Source of the DNA: Chloroflexia bacterium
Lineage (GTDB): Bacteria > Chloroflexota > Chloroflexia > DTKN01
Reading direction: 5' to 3'
Assembly (NCBI GenBank): GCA_049970175.1
Contig: JBMFNL010000002.1
Span: 2,722-66,721 of the forward strand
DNA length: 64,000 nucleotides
Below the pieces are notes generated by a model. It ran no database searches, was not told the DNA's origin, and was given only the letters and a program-made list of their open reading frames with translations. Below are positions 39,915-49,910 of the stretch, in pieces (within the stretch, counting starts at the first letter, position 1; every line of letters begins with the position of its first letter). Made by a program: the position numbers and the translations under genes.

Positions 39915-40551
39915 GCACCCCGAGGAACTGGACGAGGAGATGGCCCGGCTCATCGGCCGGCCGCCGCCCCTCCTCGTGGTGCTCTCCGGGCCTTCCGGGG
40001 TGGGGAAGGATGCGGTGATGGGGCGGATGAAGGAACGGGGCATCCCCATGCACTATACCGTGACGGCGACCACCCGTCCGCGTCGGCCGAACGAGGTGCA
40101 CGGCCGGGATTATTTCTTCCTCCCCACCGAGGAATTCCAGCGCCTGATCGCCCAGGGGGAACTCCTGGAGTGGGCGCTGGTCTATGGTGACTACAAGGGC
40201 ATCCCCAAGCAGCAGGTCCGCGAGGCCCTGGCCCGGGGCGAGGATGTCATCATGCGCATCGATGTCCAGGGGGCGACGACGATTCGCCGGCTGGCCCCGG
40301 AGGCGCTTCTCATTTTCCTGGCCCCGCCCAGCATGGACGAACTGGCCCGCCGGCTGCGGCAGAGGAGGACCGAGGGGGAGGGGGAACTGGAGCGCCGGCT
40401 GGAGGCCGCCCGGGAAGAGATGCGGGCCCTCCCGATATTCGATTACCTGGTGGTCAACTACGAGGGCCGGCTGGACGAGGCGGTGGACCGGATTCTGGCC
40501 ATCCTGCAGGCGGAAAAGAGCCGGGTGCGGCCCCGCCGGGTGGTGCTGTGA
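39901..40551 (+). CDS. gmk: guanylate kinase
   Basis: LLVVLSGPSGVGKDAV...YFFL...DYKG. Confidence 0.8.
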   Translation: MQVPEHPEELDEEMARLIGRPPPLLVVLSGPSGVGKDAVMGRMKERGIPMHYTVTATTRPRRPNEVHGRDYFFLPTEEFQRLIAQGELLEWALVYGDYKGIPKQQVREALARGEDVIMRIDVQGATTIRRLAPEALLIFLAPPSMDELARRLRQRRTEGEGELERRLEAAREEMRALPIFDYLVVNYEGRLDEAVDRILAILQAEKSRVRPRRVVL

Positions 40552-40586
40552 GCGTTTCCCCATCGCGCAGGGAGAAATGCGACCGG

Positions 40587-41366
40587 TTACTCCCGGGTGG
40601 TCGGGGATTCGACGTCCGGCCGGCGGAACGGGCCGGCCGCCCATACGGCCGGCCATTCGGCCCGGGCCCGGGCCAGGTTCTCGGGCGTGCCGATGTCGAT
40701 GAGGTATTCCGCCGGCGATAGCCGGTAGCCGTAGAGGGCGATGCCGAGGCGGAGGAGGTGCGGGAAAAGGTCCTGCCCAAAGTCGCACGGGCGCTTTTGG
40801 GGGAGGGCCTCCAGCACCTCCGGCTCGAGGAGGTAGATGCCGGCGTTGGCCAGGTCGCCGAAGGGTTGGGCCGGTTTTTCCACGAACGTCCGCAGCCGGC
40901 CGTCGGCCTCGAGTTCCACGATGCCGCAGCGCTGCGGGTCCGGGACGCGGTAGAGGGCCACCGTGCCCATCCCGCCGCGCCGGCGGTGGTACGTGTGCAT
41001 CGCCGTCAGGTCCAGGTTCGTCAGGACGTCGCCGTAGAGGACGAAGAAGGGGCGATCCAGGAAGTCGCGCAGCGGCTCCAGGGCGCCGGCCGAGCCCAGG
41101 AGGACCGGTTCGTAGGAGTAGCGGATGTGCAATCCCCAGGCCGCGCCATCGCCCAGGTGCTCGGGGATGGCCTGGGGGCGGTGATGCAGGTTGATGGCGA
41201 TTTCGGTGAGGCCGTGGAAGCGGCACAGTTCCAGGGTATAGTCCAGCGCCGGCCGGCCGCCCACCGGGAGGAGCGGCTTGGGAAGGCGGGCGGTGAGCGG
41301 CCGGAGCCGCCGACCCTCACCGGCGCAAAGGATCACCGCCCGAGGAAAAGCGGAACTCGCTTCCAT
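40587..41366 (-). CDS. sugar-phosphate nucleotidyltransferase (GlmU/RmlA/ManC-like N-terminal domain)
   Basis: AVILCAGEGRRLRPLTARLPKPLLPVGGRP...LYGDVL. Confidence 0.65.
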   Translation of the reverse strand: MEASSAFPRAVILCAGEGRRLRPLTARLPKPLLPVGGRPALDYTLELCRFHGLTEIAINLHHRPQAIPEHLGDGAAWGLHIRYSYEPVLLGSAGALEPLRDFLDRPFFVLYGDVLTNLDLTAMHTYHRRRGGMGTVALYRVPDPQRCGIVELEADGRLRTFVEKPAQPFGDLANAGIYLLEPEVLEALPQKRPCDFGQDLFPHLLRLGIALYGYRLSPAEYLIDIGTPENLARARAEWPAVWAAGPFRRPDVESPTTRE

Positions 41367-41386
41367 CGTGGACCCTCTCCGTTCGG

Positions 41387-42850
41387 ATGGGTGGCATGAA
41401 CATGCGCCGGAGGACGAGCGTGCCGCTGTACGGGGTTGCCCTCCTGGCCGCCCTGGCCGCCGGGGCCCTGTACGCGGCCGGCGCGGCCCCCGGCCTGACC
41501 CTGCGGTATGGCGGCAGCGACGGGGGGGAACTGGCCGTGGCCGTGTATACCCTGGGCATCCCCCATCCGACCGGCTATCCGACCTACGTCCTCCTGGCCC
41601 AGGCCGTCCGGCTGTTTCCCTGGGGGACGTTCGCCGGCCGGCTGAACCTCTTCTCGGCCCTGGCCGGCGCCCTCACCGTCGGGCTGGTGGCCCTCGTCGC
41701 CGGCGAACTTTTCCCGGAGGAAACGTTTTCCGCCCTGGTCGCCGCCCTGACGGCCGGCCTTTCCCTGGCCGTCTCCGGCCTCTTCTGGTCCCAGGCCCTC
41801 ATCGCCGAGGTCTATACCCTGCATACCTTCTTCCTGGCCCTTTCCTCCTGGCTGCTCCTACGCTGGCGGCGGCACGGGGGCCTTTACCTCCCGCTGGCCG
41901 GGCTCTCCCTCGGCCTGGGGCTGGGCAACCACCTGACGCTCCTTTTCCTCCTGCCGGGCGCGCTCCTCCTGCTCTCCGGGCGCCGTCCCTCCTGGGCGGA
42001 GGGGCTGGGGGGAGGTGGGCTTTTCCTGGCCGGCCTGGCCGTGTACCTCTACCTCCCGCTGCGTGCCGCCGCCGACCCCTGGCTCAACTGGGGCGATCCC
42101 CACGACTGGAGCGCCTTCTGGGCCCACATCAGCGCGGCGGCCTACCAGGGCCTTTTCTTCCGACGCCCCTGGTTGGAGGTGGCCGGCAACGCCAGCGCCG
42201 CCGCCGGCTTTCTCCTGCGCGATTTCGCCCCCCACGGCTTGGTGCTGGGCCTGGCCGGGCTCTTCCTCCTGGGCCGATGGGAGGGCCGGACGCTCCTCCT
42301 CCTGTTTTTCCCGGCCGTATCCGGCCTCCTCCTGGCCCTCACCTACGGCGGGGCCGGGAGCGAGGTGCACCTCCTCCCGCTTTACCTGGCCTGGGCCCTC
42401 GGCTGCGGGGTGACGGCCGGGGCGCTGGCCGCCTTCCTGCGTGGGCGCTTCGGCCTCCGGGCGGCCTCCGTCGCCCTGGCGTTGCCCCTGCTCTGCTTCC
42501 TCCTCATCGTGCCGGGCTGGGGGCGCTGGTCGCTCCGCAACGACCCCGGCCCGCTTCCCGAAATCCGCACCATCCTGGAAGGGCTGCCGCCGGACGGCCT
42601 CCTCCTGACCGCGCAGGATGAGCAGACGTTCCCGCTCTGGTATGCCCAGGTGGTGGAGGGCATCCGTCCGGATGTGGCCGTCGTAGACGTGCGCCTCCTG
42701 GAGTGGCCCTGGTACCGCCGGCAGTTGCCTGCGAGAAACCCCGGCCTCTTCCTCCCGGCCGAAGCGGAGGCGGGATGGCTGGAAGCGCTGCTCCGGGCCA
42801 ATTCCGGCCGGCCGGTCCTGGCCCTTTCCCCGCTGCCGCTGCCCCGGTAG
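41387..42850 (+). CDS. DUF2723/TMEM260-like polytopic membrane protein (GT-C fold glycosyltransferase-like)
   Basis: GIPHPTGYPTY motif; multi-TM. Confidence 0.5.
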   Translation: MGGMNMRRRTSVPLYGVALLAALAAGALYAAGAAPGLTLRYGGSDGGELAVAVYTLGIPHPTGYPTYVLLAQAVRLFPWGTFAGRLNLFSALAGALTVGLVALVAGELFPEETFSALVAALTAGLSLAVSGLFWSQALIAEVYTLHTFFLALSSWLLLRWRRHGGLYLPLAGLSLGLGLGNHLTLLFLLPGALLLLSGRRPSWAEGLGGGGLFLAGLAVYLYLPLRAAADPWLNWGDPHDWSAFWAHISAAAYQGLFFRRPWLEVAGNASAAAGFLLRDFAPHGLVLGLAGLFLLGRWEGRTLLLLFFPAVSGLLLALTYGGAGSEVHLLPLYLAWALGCGVTAGALAAFLRGRFGLRAASVALALPLLCFLLIVPGWGRWSLRNDPGPLPEIRTILEGLPPDGLLLTAQDEQTFPLWYAQVVEGIRPDVAVVDVRLLEWPWYRRQLPARNPGLFLPAEAEAGWLEALLRANSGRPVLALSPLPLPR

Positions 42851-42891
42851 GGCATAGCCCGGATGCGCCCGGACGCATCTGGGATGCGTCC

Positions 42892-43269
42892 CTACGCCTC
42901 CTCCTGGGAGGGGGCGGTCCTTCGCCTTCGCCTGCGCCCCTGAGGGGGAGGGGGGACCTGGCCGGAACGGATCGCCTCCTCGATGCCCTGCCGGATAGCC
43001 CGCTTCAGGGTCAAACTGGAGCGAAAACTGGGGGCCACGCGGGTGGGGTAGGGGATTCTCCCCAGCGTCCGGGGGTGCACCCCCAGCCGCTCCGGGTAGT
43101 AGCGCAGGTCAAAGGTGCCGAAGCGGGAGATGCGCACGATCTCCCCCTGGGCCAGGGCCCGGCCGATTTCCTCGAAGACGGCATCGAAGACGCGCCAGAC
43201 CGTGGTCTCGGGCAGGCGGGTGTGCTCGATCACCCGCTGCACCAGTTCCTCTCGAAGGACAACTTTCAC
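42892..43269 (-). CDS. HU-family DNA-binding protein with a basic C-terminal tail
   Basis: RISRFGTFDLRYYPERLGVHPRT...PSFRSS beta-arm pattern. Confidence 0.7.
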   Translation of the reverse strand: MKVVLREELVQRVIEHTRLPETTVWRVFDAVFEEIGRALAQGEIVRISRFGTFDLRYYPERLGVHPRTLGRIPYPTRVAPSFRSSLTLKRAIRQGIEEAIRSGQVPPPPQGRRRRRRTAPSQEEA

Positions 43270-43311
43270 GGAATCCTCCTTTCTTCCAAGGGCGCAACGG
43301 AATTGCGTTCC

Positions 43312-44997
43312 CTACGGACAGGTTGCCGGCCAGCAGATGCTGGCCTGGCGTATCGCCCGGTAGACCGTCTCGGCCTCGGCTGCGGGCAGCGGCCGGGGCT
43401 GATGGTAGTCCTCGATCTGGACGGCCTGCAACTGCAAGCCCACCGGGCGCGTTCCCCGAAAGGTGATGCGGGCGATCAGGCCCTGGCGGGTTTCGATGGA
43501 CCACATCTGGTCGGCGATAAAGTTGCCCAGGGAGTAGAGGATGGGGACGCCCCGATAGCGCTCCAGGCCCTGCACCCAATGGGGGTGGGAGCCGAGGACC
43601 AGGTCGGCGCCGGCCTCGACGGCCTGATGGGCCAGCGTCCGCTGCCAGGGGGAGGGGTCGTGGGTGTACTCCCAGCCCCAGTGGAAGTACACGATGACCA
43701 CATCGGCCTGCTGTCGGGCGGCGGCGATGTCCTCGGCGATCAGGGCGGGGTCGGCCGGCGCACTCCCGGCTCGCTCCTCTCCGGCCAGGTAGGCGTCGCT
43801 GATGGCATCATAGCCCAGGAAGGCCAGGGTGACCCCCTTGACCGTGAAGAGGGCCGGCCGGCGGGCCTCCGCCAGGTTCATCCCGGCCCCGAAGGGGGCG
43901 ATTCCGGCCTGCCGGAGCAGGTTCAGGGTATCGTCCATCCCCCTGGGGCCAAAGTTCATGCTGTGGTTGTTCGCCAGGGAGACCGCGTCGATTCCGGCAT
44001 AGCGCAGCCCGACGGTAAACCGGCCGCTGCCGACGAAGAGGAAGGTGTAGGGGTCGGCCGGCGGGGCGATCCGGTCCGAGAGCACCCCTTCCAGGTTGGC
44101 CACCGTCAGGTCGGCCCCCTCCAGGAGGGCGCGGGTCGGCGTGAAGGGGCGGGCATAGTCGCCGCCATGGGCCTGGATGCGCCGCCGGACGGCCCGGCCG
44201 GTGAAGATATCCCCCACGACGGCCACGGTGAAGGGGGGCGGCGGGGAGGCCGCCGGCCGCTCCAGGGCCCACAGGAGTTCCACGACCTCCTGGGGCAGGG
44301 TGGGCCGCCAGGCCAGGAAGAGGGTGCGCACCAGAGGGCTTCCGGGGACGCTCTCCTCCTCCAGCAGCAGGTCGCGCCCGTCCACCCGAAGGACGCGCAG
44401 CCCCACATCCACCTCCTCCAGCGGGAGCAGGGCGATGCCGCCGGGGTGCGTTTCCAGGGCGGAAAGGAGGGCGGCGGTGTCGCTCAGGGCCTGGGTGCCG
44501 GAGACCTCCAGGGGAAACGGAGGTTCCCCCAGGGTAAAGGGCACCACCGTGGCCGAAAGGGGCTGCCCCAGTTCGGCCCAGTTTTCGACCTCCCGACGGA
44601 AGAGGCGCTCCAGGTCGGCGTAGGCGACCTCGCTCACCGGCGACCAGAAGGACACGGCGGGGACGAAGAGGGTGGAGGTGAACGGGCGGGCCTGGAAATC
44701 GGGCGGGGGCGTGTAGCCGATGTAGAGGTCGGCCGGCCGGCCCTGGACCTCCCGGCAGGGGTGGCCCTGTTCGGCCAGAGAGCGGAGCAGGATCTTTCCC
44801 AGACCCTGCGGCGCGGCGCCGGATTCGACGGCCACGGTCAGGGGGAGCGGCGTCGGCTCCGGATCGGTGGGGCGGGCCGGGGCCGCCGGGGCCGTTTCCC
44901 CGGGACGGACGACCGCCGGCGGGACGGGCCCCGGAGCGCAGCCGGCCGAGACCAGGAGGAGGATGAGGATCGGGAAAAGGACGGACCGTTTCCACAT
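43312..44997 (-). CDS. CapA/PGA_cap-family lipoprotein (metallophosphatase-like)
   Basis: Lipobox LLLVSAGCAP; C-terminal VIVYFHWGWEY...LVLGSHPHWVQG...SLGNF. Confidence 0.7.
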   Translation of the reverse strand: MWKRSVLFPILILLLVSAGCAPGPVPPAVVRPGETAPAAPARPTDPEPTPLPLTVAVESGAAPQGLGKILLRSLAEQGHPCREVQGRPADLYIGYTPPPDFQARPFTSTLFVPAVSFWSPVSEVAYADLERLFRREVENWAELGQPLSATVVPFTLGEPPFPLEVSGTQALSDTAALLSALETHPGGIALLPLEEVDVGLRVLRVDGRDLLLEEESVPGSPLVRTLFLAWRPTLPQEVVELLWALERPAASPPPPFTVAVVGDIFTGRAVRRRIQAHGGDYARPFTPTRALLEGADLTVANLEGVLSDRIAPPADPYTFLFVGSGRFTVGLRYAGIDAVSLANNHSMNFGPRGMDDTLNLLRQAGIAPFGAGMNLAEARRPALFTVKGVTLAFLGYDAISDAYLAGEERAGSAPADPALIAEDIAAARQQADVVIVYFHWGWEYTHDPSPWQRTLAHQAVEAGADLVLGSHPHWVQGLERYRGVPILYSLGNFIADQMWSIETRQGLIARITFRGTRPVGLQLQAVQIEDYHQPRPLPAAEAETVYRAIRQASICWPATCP

Positions 44998-45021
44998 AGG
45001 CGGTCTCCTGATTTTGGGGAA

Positions 45022-45073
45022 ATTATACCACAGTTCGGCCTTTCTTGACAAAGCGGGGGGCGCATCGTACAAT
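45022..45073. promoter_or_regulatory. divergent promoters with overlapping -35: minus TTGTCA-N18-(TGg)TATAAT (capA) and plus TTGACA-N17-TACAAT (small ORF/prfA)
   Basis: Read directly; RBS AGGAG follows the minus -10. Confidence 0.5.
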
Positions 45074-45093
45074 AGAGGCGAAGACGGTATGGA

Positions 45094-45330
45094 GTGAACG
45101 AGGCGATGAGCGGGTCGCATCTTTTCTGGGAACCGCGGGATTATGAGCGCTACCTGGACCGCTACGAATGGGTCGGGGAGGGCCTTCCCCGGCTCAGTGC
45201 GGAAGAGTTCTTTCAGTTGCAGGACGAATTCCTGAGCCTCCAGGCCGACCAGGCGGCCGGCGGTTCGCTTTCGCCGGCGCAGCGGAAGCGGCTGCGGGAA
45301 CTGCGCCGGCTGCTTCTGGCCGATTTCTAG
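45094..45330 (+). CDS. hypothetical small protein
   Basis: 78-aa ORF between a promoter and prfA; no recognised motif. Confidence 0.3.
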   Translation: MNEAMSGSHLFWEPRDYERYLDRYEWVGEGLPRLSAEEFFQLQDEFLSLQADQAAGGSLSPAQRKRLRELRRLLLADF

Positions 45331-45383
45331 GGTCGTTTTTCGGGGCCGAGGCCTTTCGGCCTGTCTTCCCCTGGGCAGGAGAA

Positions 45384-46451
45384 ATGTTCGAGAGCCTGGA
45401 TCGGGTGGTGGAACGGTACGAGGAGTTGCAGCGCCTGCTGGCCCGGCCGGAGGTGGCGACCGACCCGCGCCGTCTGCAGGAGTACGGCCGGGAACTGGCC
45501 GAACTGGAGGAACTGGTGAGCACGTACCGGGCCTACCGGGAGGTGGAGCGCCAGTATCGGGAGGCCGAGGAGATTCTGGGAAGCGGCGATGCGGAACTGG
45601 CGGCGCTGGCCCGGGAGGAACGCGAGGCCCTTCAGGCCCGGCTGGAGGAACTGGAGGGCCGGCTCAAGCAACTCCTGGTGCCGAAGGACCCGAACGACGA
45701 GCGCGATGTCATCGTGGAGATCCGCGCCGGCGCCGGCGGGGAAGAGGCCGCGCTCTTTGCCGGCGACCTCTTCCGCATGTACACCCGCTATGCCGAGTCG
45801 CAGGGCTGGAAGGTAGACCTTTTGAACACCCATCCCAACGACCTGGGCGGCTTCAAAGAGGTCATCTTCGAGGTCAAGGGGAAAGGTGCCTACAGCCGGC
45901 TCAAATACGAAAGCGGCGTCCACCGCGTCCAGCGCGTCCCGGTTACCGAGGCTGGCGGGCGGATCCACACCTCCACGGCCACGGTGGCCGTGCTTCCGGA
46001 GATGGATGAGGTGGAGGTGGAGATCGACCCCGAGGACCTGCGCATTGACGTCTTCCGTTCGGCCGGCCACGGGGGCCAGAGCGTCAACACCACCGACAGC
46101 GCCGTGCGCATCACCCACCTGCCCACCGGCATTGTGGTCACCTGTCAGGACGAGCGCTCCCAGTTGCAGAACCGGGCCCGGGCGATGGCCGTGCTGCGCG
46201 CCCGCCTCTACGCGATGGAGGAGGAGAAGCGCCGGCGCGAACTGGGCGAGAAGCGCCTGGCCCAGATCGGCAGCGGAGAGCGGGCGGAAAAGATTCGCAC
46301 CTACAACTTTCCCCAGGATCGGGTGACCGACCACCGCCTGGGGCGCAACTTCAGCAACCTGCCGGCCATCCTGGACGGCCACCTGGACGAGATCATCGAG
46401 GCCCTGACGCTAAAGGACCAGGCCGAGCGGCTGGAGACGGTCACCCGTTGA
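45384..46451 (+). CDS. prfA: peptide chain release factor 1
   Basis: [20 protein letters not shown] with the GGQ motif and RF1-specific PxT-like region. Confidence 0.9.
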   Translation: MFESLDRVVERYEELQRLLARPEVATDPRRLQEYGRELAELEELVSTYRAYREVERQYREAEEILGSGDAELAALAREEREALQARLEELEGRLKQLLVPKDPNDERDVIVEIRAGAGGEEAALFAGDLFRMYTRYAESQGWKVDLLNTHPNDLGGFKEVIFEVKGKGAYSRLKYESGVHRVQRVPVTEAGGRIHTSTATVAVLPEMDEVEVEIDPEDLRIDVFRSAGHGGQSVNTTDSAVRITHLPTGIVVTCQDERSQLQNRARAMAVLRARLYAMEEEKRRRELGEKRLAQIGSGERAEKIRTYNFPQDRVTDHRLGRNFSNLPAILDGHLDEIIEALTLKDQAERLETVTR

Positions 46452-47512
46452 TCGCTCGACGGCCGGCCGGCCCGCCGAAAGGAACCGTCTTGACCCATCC
46501 GGAAGTTTCGCCCCCGCCGCCGGACCTGAAGCGGCGCTTTCTCAACTGGCGCACCCTCCTTTCCTTCGTCATCGCCGTCGGCCTGATCGTCCTGACGGTC
46601 TGGCTGGGCCGGATCGACCTGGGTCAGGTGTGGGACTATGTCCGGCAGGCCGATCCTCGCTTCTACTTCCTGGGCTTTCTGGCCTTTTATCCCACCTTTC
46701 CCCTGCGGGCCTGGCGCTGGCGGCTGCTCCTTCAGAACGCCTCGGCCGAAGAAGATGCCCCCATCCCCCATCTTCCCGACCTGACGGAGATCCTCTTTCT
46801 CTCCTGGTTCGCCAACTGCCTCGTCCCGGCCAAACTCGGCGACCTCTACCGCGGCTACCTCCTGAAGCGCACCAGCGGGGCCTCTTTCTCCCGCACCATC
46901 GGGACGATCCTGGCCGAGCGGGTGCTGGACATGGTCTTTTTGTTCCTCCTTATGCTTGCCGCCAGCCTGGCCGCCTTCGGCCCGCGTATCCCGTCCGGCA
47001 CCACGGCCACCATGGTCTATGGGGTGGGCATCTTCCTTTCGGCGGTCGCCGTTGGAGTCCTGCTGGGGCTGCGCTTTTTCGGGCCGGCCCTGCGGAGGCT
47101 TGTGCCGGCCCGTTTCCACGGCATTTACGACCGTTTCATCGAGGGGACGCTCCTCTCCTTCCGCCGGCGGCGCCTCGTCCTCCTCCTGGGCCAGACCGTC
47201 CTGGTCTGGGTTCTGGAGAGCCTGCGCTTCTACTGCGTCCTCCTGGCCTTTCCGGAGTCCGTGCCCCTGGGCCTGCCGGTCGTCGTCTTCATCGCCCTGG
47301 CCGGTTCGCTCCTGACCACGCTGCCGATTTCCCCGGCTGGCCTGGGGGCGGTGGAGGCCATGTTCGCCTGGGTCGTGCCGCTCTTCCTGAGCATGGGGGC
47401 CGAACAGGCCCGGGCGGTCGGCCTGGCCCTGGGCATGCTCGACCGCACCATCAACTACTGGAGCATCCTCCTCCTGGGGTTCCTCGTCTTCCTGCTGAGC
47501 CGAAAGAAGTGA
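46448..47512 (+). CDS. flippase-like/UPF0104 (lysyl-PG synthase TM-domain-like) membrane protein
   Basis: 8-TM profile; TTG start overlaps the prfA stop. Confidence 0.5.
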   Translation: MIARRPAGPPKGTVLTHPEVSPPPPDLKRRFLNWRTLLSFVIAVGLIVLTVWLGRIDLGQVWDYVRQADPRFYFLGFLAFYPTFPLRAWRWRLLLQNASAEEDAPIPHLPDLTEILFLSWFANCLVPAKLGDLYRGYLLKRTSGASFSRTIGTILAERVLDMVFLFLLMLAASLAAFGPRIPSGTTATMVYGVGIFLSAVAVGVLLGLRFFGPALRRLVPARFHGIYDRFIEGTLLSFRRRRLVLLLGQTVLVWVLESLRFYCVLLAFPESVPLGLPVVVFIALAGSLLTTLPISPAGLGAVEAMFAWVVPLFLSMGAEQARAVGLALGMLDRTINYWSILLLGFLVFLLSRKK

Positions 47513-47550
47513 GGCCGACCCTCTGTCCTTCTTCCCCTGCGCCCTGACCC

Positions 47551-49220
47551 CTACCGCACCCCCCACAGCCGCACCGTGCCGTCACGCGACCCTGAGGCGA
47601 GGAAGTTTCCGTCGGGGGAGAAGGCCACGCTAAAGACCCGAGAGGTGTGCTCCAGGGTGCGCAGGAGTTCGCCGTCGGCGGCCCGCCAGAGGCGCACCGT
47701 GTGGTCCTCCGACCCCGAGGCCAGGGTCTGCCCGTCGGGGGAGAAGGCCACGCTCTCCATTGGGGCGCCCGTTTCGATGAAGCGCACCTCCTCCAGGGTC
47801 TGAGCGTCGTAGAGGTACACCCCGATGGAAGAGGCCACCGCCAGGAATCGGCCGTCGGGGGAGTAGGCGATTTCGTGTACCATCCCCTTGCCCCAGCGGG
47901 CCAGTTCGCGCACCCGGTCGGCGTTCTCGGGAGAGAGGGCTGCGGCGGGTTGGGGCACGGGCGTGCCGGAAAGGACGGGAAGCGGCAACGGAGTCGGGGT
48001 AGGCGTCGGGGTGGAGGTGGATGTGGGCATCGGGGTCGGAGTGGAGGTGGCCGTCGGCGTGGAGGTGGGCCGCGCCGTGGGCCCGAGGGCGGCGACGGGG
48101 GTGGGGGAAACCGCCGGCCGGCCCAGCACTCCGCCCATGTAGAGGCCGGCCAGCACCAGGAGCACCACCGCCAGGAGGCCCGCCCCGGCCGGTACCCAGG
48201 GCCGTCGGGCGGCCCCTTTCCGCGGCGCCGCAGGTCGGGGCAGCGGTGGGGGGGCAGGCCGGGGTGGAGGTGGCGCCGGGAGCAACTCCGTCGCTACTTC
48301 GGTTTCCTGCAGCACGGTCTCGGCGCCGCCCTCACCCCACTCCCCCGGCCCCCTCTCCCCTCTCCCAATGGGAGAGGGGGTTGGGGGTGAGGGGTGAGGA
48401 CAGCGCCGCCGCCAGCGCGGCCATGTCCGGGTAGCGGTCCTCCGGGGCCTTGGCCAGCGCCTTGAAGAGCACCCGCTCCGCCGCCTCCGGCAGGTCCGGC
48501 GCGTAAGCCCTCGGCCGGGGAAGCGGCTCCGTGGCTTGCTTCAAAAGCACCGCCATCGGCGTATCGGCCGTGTAGGGCTTGCGCCCGGTCACCAGTTCGT
48601 AGAGCACCACTCCCAGGGCATAGACGTCGGCCCGGGCGTCCACCGGCCGGCCCAGCCCCTGCTCCGGAGCCATGTACTCCGGCGTGCCCACCCCCCCGTC
48701 CCGGTGAGCGTTGTCTCCTCGCTCTCCAGGAGTTTGGCGATGCCAAAGTCGGAAAGCATGGGCTCCCCGGAAAGGGTGATGAGGATGTTGGAGGGCTTGA
48801 CATCGCGGTGGATAAAGCCCCGCTGGTGGGCAAAGTGCAGGGCGCGGGCGATGGGGAGGAGCAGGCGCACCGCCTCCTCCCAGGGGAAGGGCCGGCCGGC
48901 CCGCGCCTCCAGCAACTTCTTGAGCGTCCCGCCGGGGAGATACTCCATCACCAGGTAGGGGGAGCCCTCGTGCTCGCCGTAGTCGATGAGGGCCACGATG
49001 TTGGGATGGGTCAGGCGGGCCAGGGCCTTGGCCTCCCGCTCGAAGCGCCGGAGGATGCGCTCCCGTTGTTCGGGGGGGAAGGCCCCCTTGCGGATGACCT
49101 TGAGGGCCACATCGCGCTCCAGCCGGGTATCATAGGCCCGGTAGACGGTGGCCATCCCCCTTCCCCCAGTTGCTCGACGATGTGGTAGCGCCCGATGGAC
49201 TGGCCGACGAGAGAGCCCAT
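47551..49220 (-). pseudogene. Hanks-type Ser/Thr protein kinase with TM helix and C-terminal WD40 domain, disrupted by three frame changes
   Basis: Successive pieces in different frames: MGSLVGQSIGRYHIVEQLGEGG | [10 protein letters not shown]...[10 protein letters not shown]...DFGIAKL...TGTGG | [11 protein letters not shown]...[10 protein letters not shown] | TM helix plus WD40 repeats. The breaks fall at a G5 run (~49156-49160, plus-strand C5), a G7 run (48689-48695, plus-strand C7) and inside the palindromic repeat (48331-48399). Confidence 0.55.
48331..48399. repeat. G/C-rich palindromic repeat element, copy 1
   Basis: CTCACCCCACTCCCCCGGCCCCCTCTCCCCTCTCCCAATGGGAGAGGGGGTTGGGGGTGAGGGGTGAGG; close to the reverse complement of copy 2; flanked by GCGCCGCC on both sides. 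Confidence 0.6.
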
Positions 49221-49258
49221 CTGCCCCTCCTTTCGTCGAACGGCGTCTTTCTGGAAAT

Positions 49259-49339
49259 ATTTTACCACGCCGGCCGGCGCAGGTCAAACCGGCCTGAAAT
49301 GGCAACCAGGTTGACAGCCCCACGGGCGAGTGTTAGAAT
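49259..49339. promoter_or_regulatory. divergent promoters: minus TTGACC-N17-TAAAAT (kinase) and plus TTGACA-N17-TAGAAT (ccmE operon)
   Basis: Read directly; a ~165-nt leader containing several hairpins precedes ccmE. Confidence 0.45.
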
Positions 49340-49505
49340 GCTTTCGTCGCCGGGTGGGCGGCCTCGAACCGGATGGCGACGTTTCTCCATAGGCCAGGCC
49401 CGGCCGAGCCGGTGGAACGTGCACCGGCCGTATGTGGAAGCGGTCTACCCAACTGCGGTCCGCCTGCAGGGCAATACAGGTGGGTTGGTTTCTGGAGGTA
49501 AAGCC

Positions 49506-49910
49506 ATGAAGCCGGTATACATCATCGGGGGCATCGTCATACTGGCGGCGGTTGTGTTAGGGGCTTTGGCCTTGGTCAATACCCTCACCCCCTACGTCTC
49601 CATCGCCGAGGCGCGGGCCACCGGTCGCACCGTGCAGGTGCACGGTTTCCTCAAGGAGACGCTGGGCTATGATGCGGAGGGCCGCTTCCGCTTCGTCCTG
49701 GTGGATGAAAAGGGCGATGAGATGGCCGTGGCCTACGGTCAGGCCAAGCCGGCCAACTTTGAGCAGGCCACCGGCTTTGTTGTCATCGGCCGCTACGATG
49801 CCGCCGCCCAACTTTTCCTGGCCGAGCAACTCCTGGTCAAGTGCCCCTCCAAGTACCAGGAGCAGGGGGAGGAGTACCGGCATCAGCAATCCGGGGAGAG
49901 CGCCCCATGA
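49506..49910 (+). CDS. ccmE: cytochrome c maturation heme chaperone CcmE, CxxxY variant
   Basis: N-terminal TM helix; OB-fold region; C-terminal KCPSKY in place of the canonical HxxxY. Confidence 0.65.
   Translation: MKPVYIIGGIVILAAVVLGALALVNTLTPYVSIAEARATGRTVQVHGFLKETLGYDAEGRFRFVLVDEKGDEMAVAYGQAKPANFEQATGFVVIGRYDAAAQLFLAEQLLVKCPSKYQEQGEEYRHQQSGESAP

Noticed and set aside
48680-49165. Kinase frameshifts as simple sequencing errors
   Set aside because: Not fully rejected. Every other long gene in the window is intact despite abundant G/C homopolymers, so a genuine pseudogene or phase variation is at least as likely. Reported as a pseudogene with moderate confidence.
49340-49400. Possible tRNA on the minus strand (GGTTCGAGG T-loop-like) in the ccmE leader
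   Set aside because: The flanking sequence does not form a cloverleaf. More likely it is part of a leader hairpin (GTCGCC...GGCGAC).
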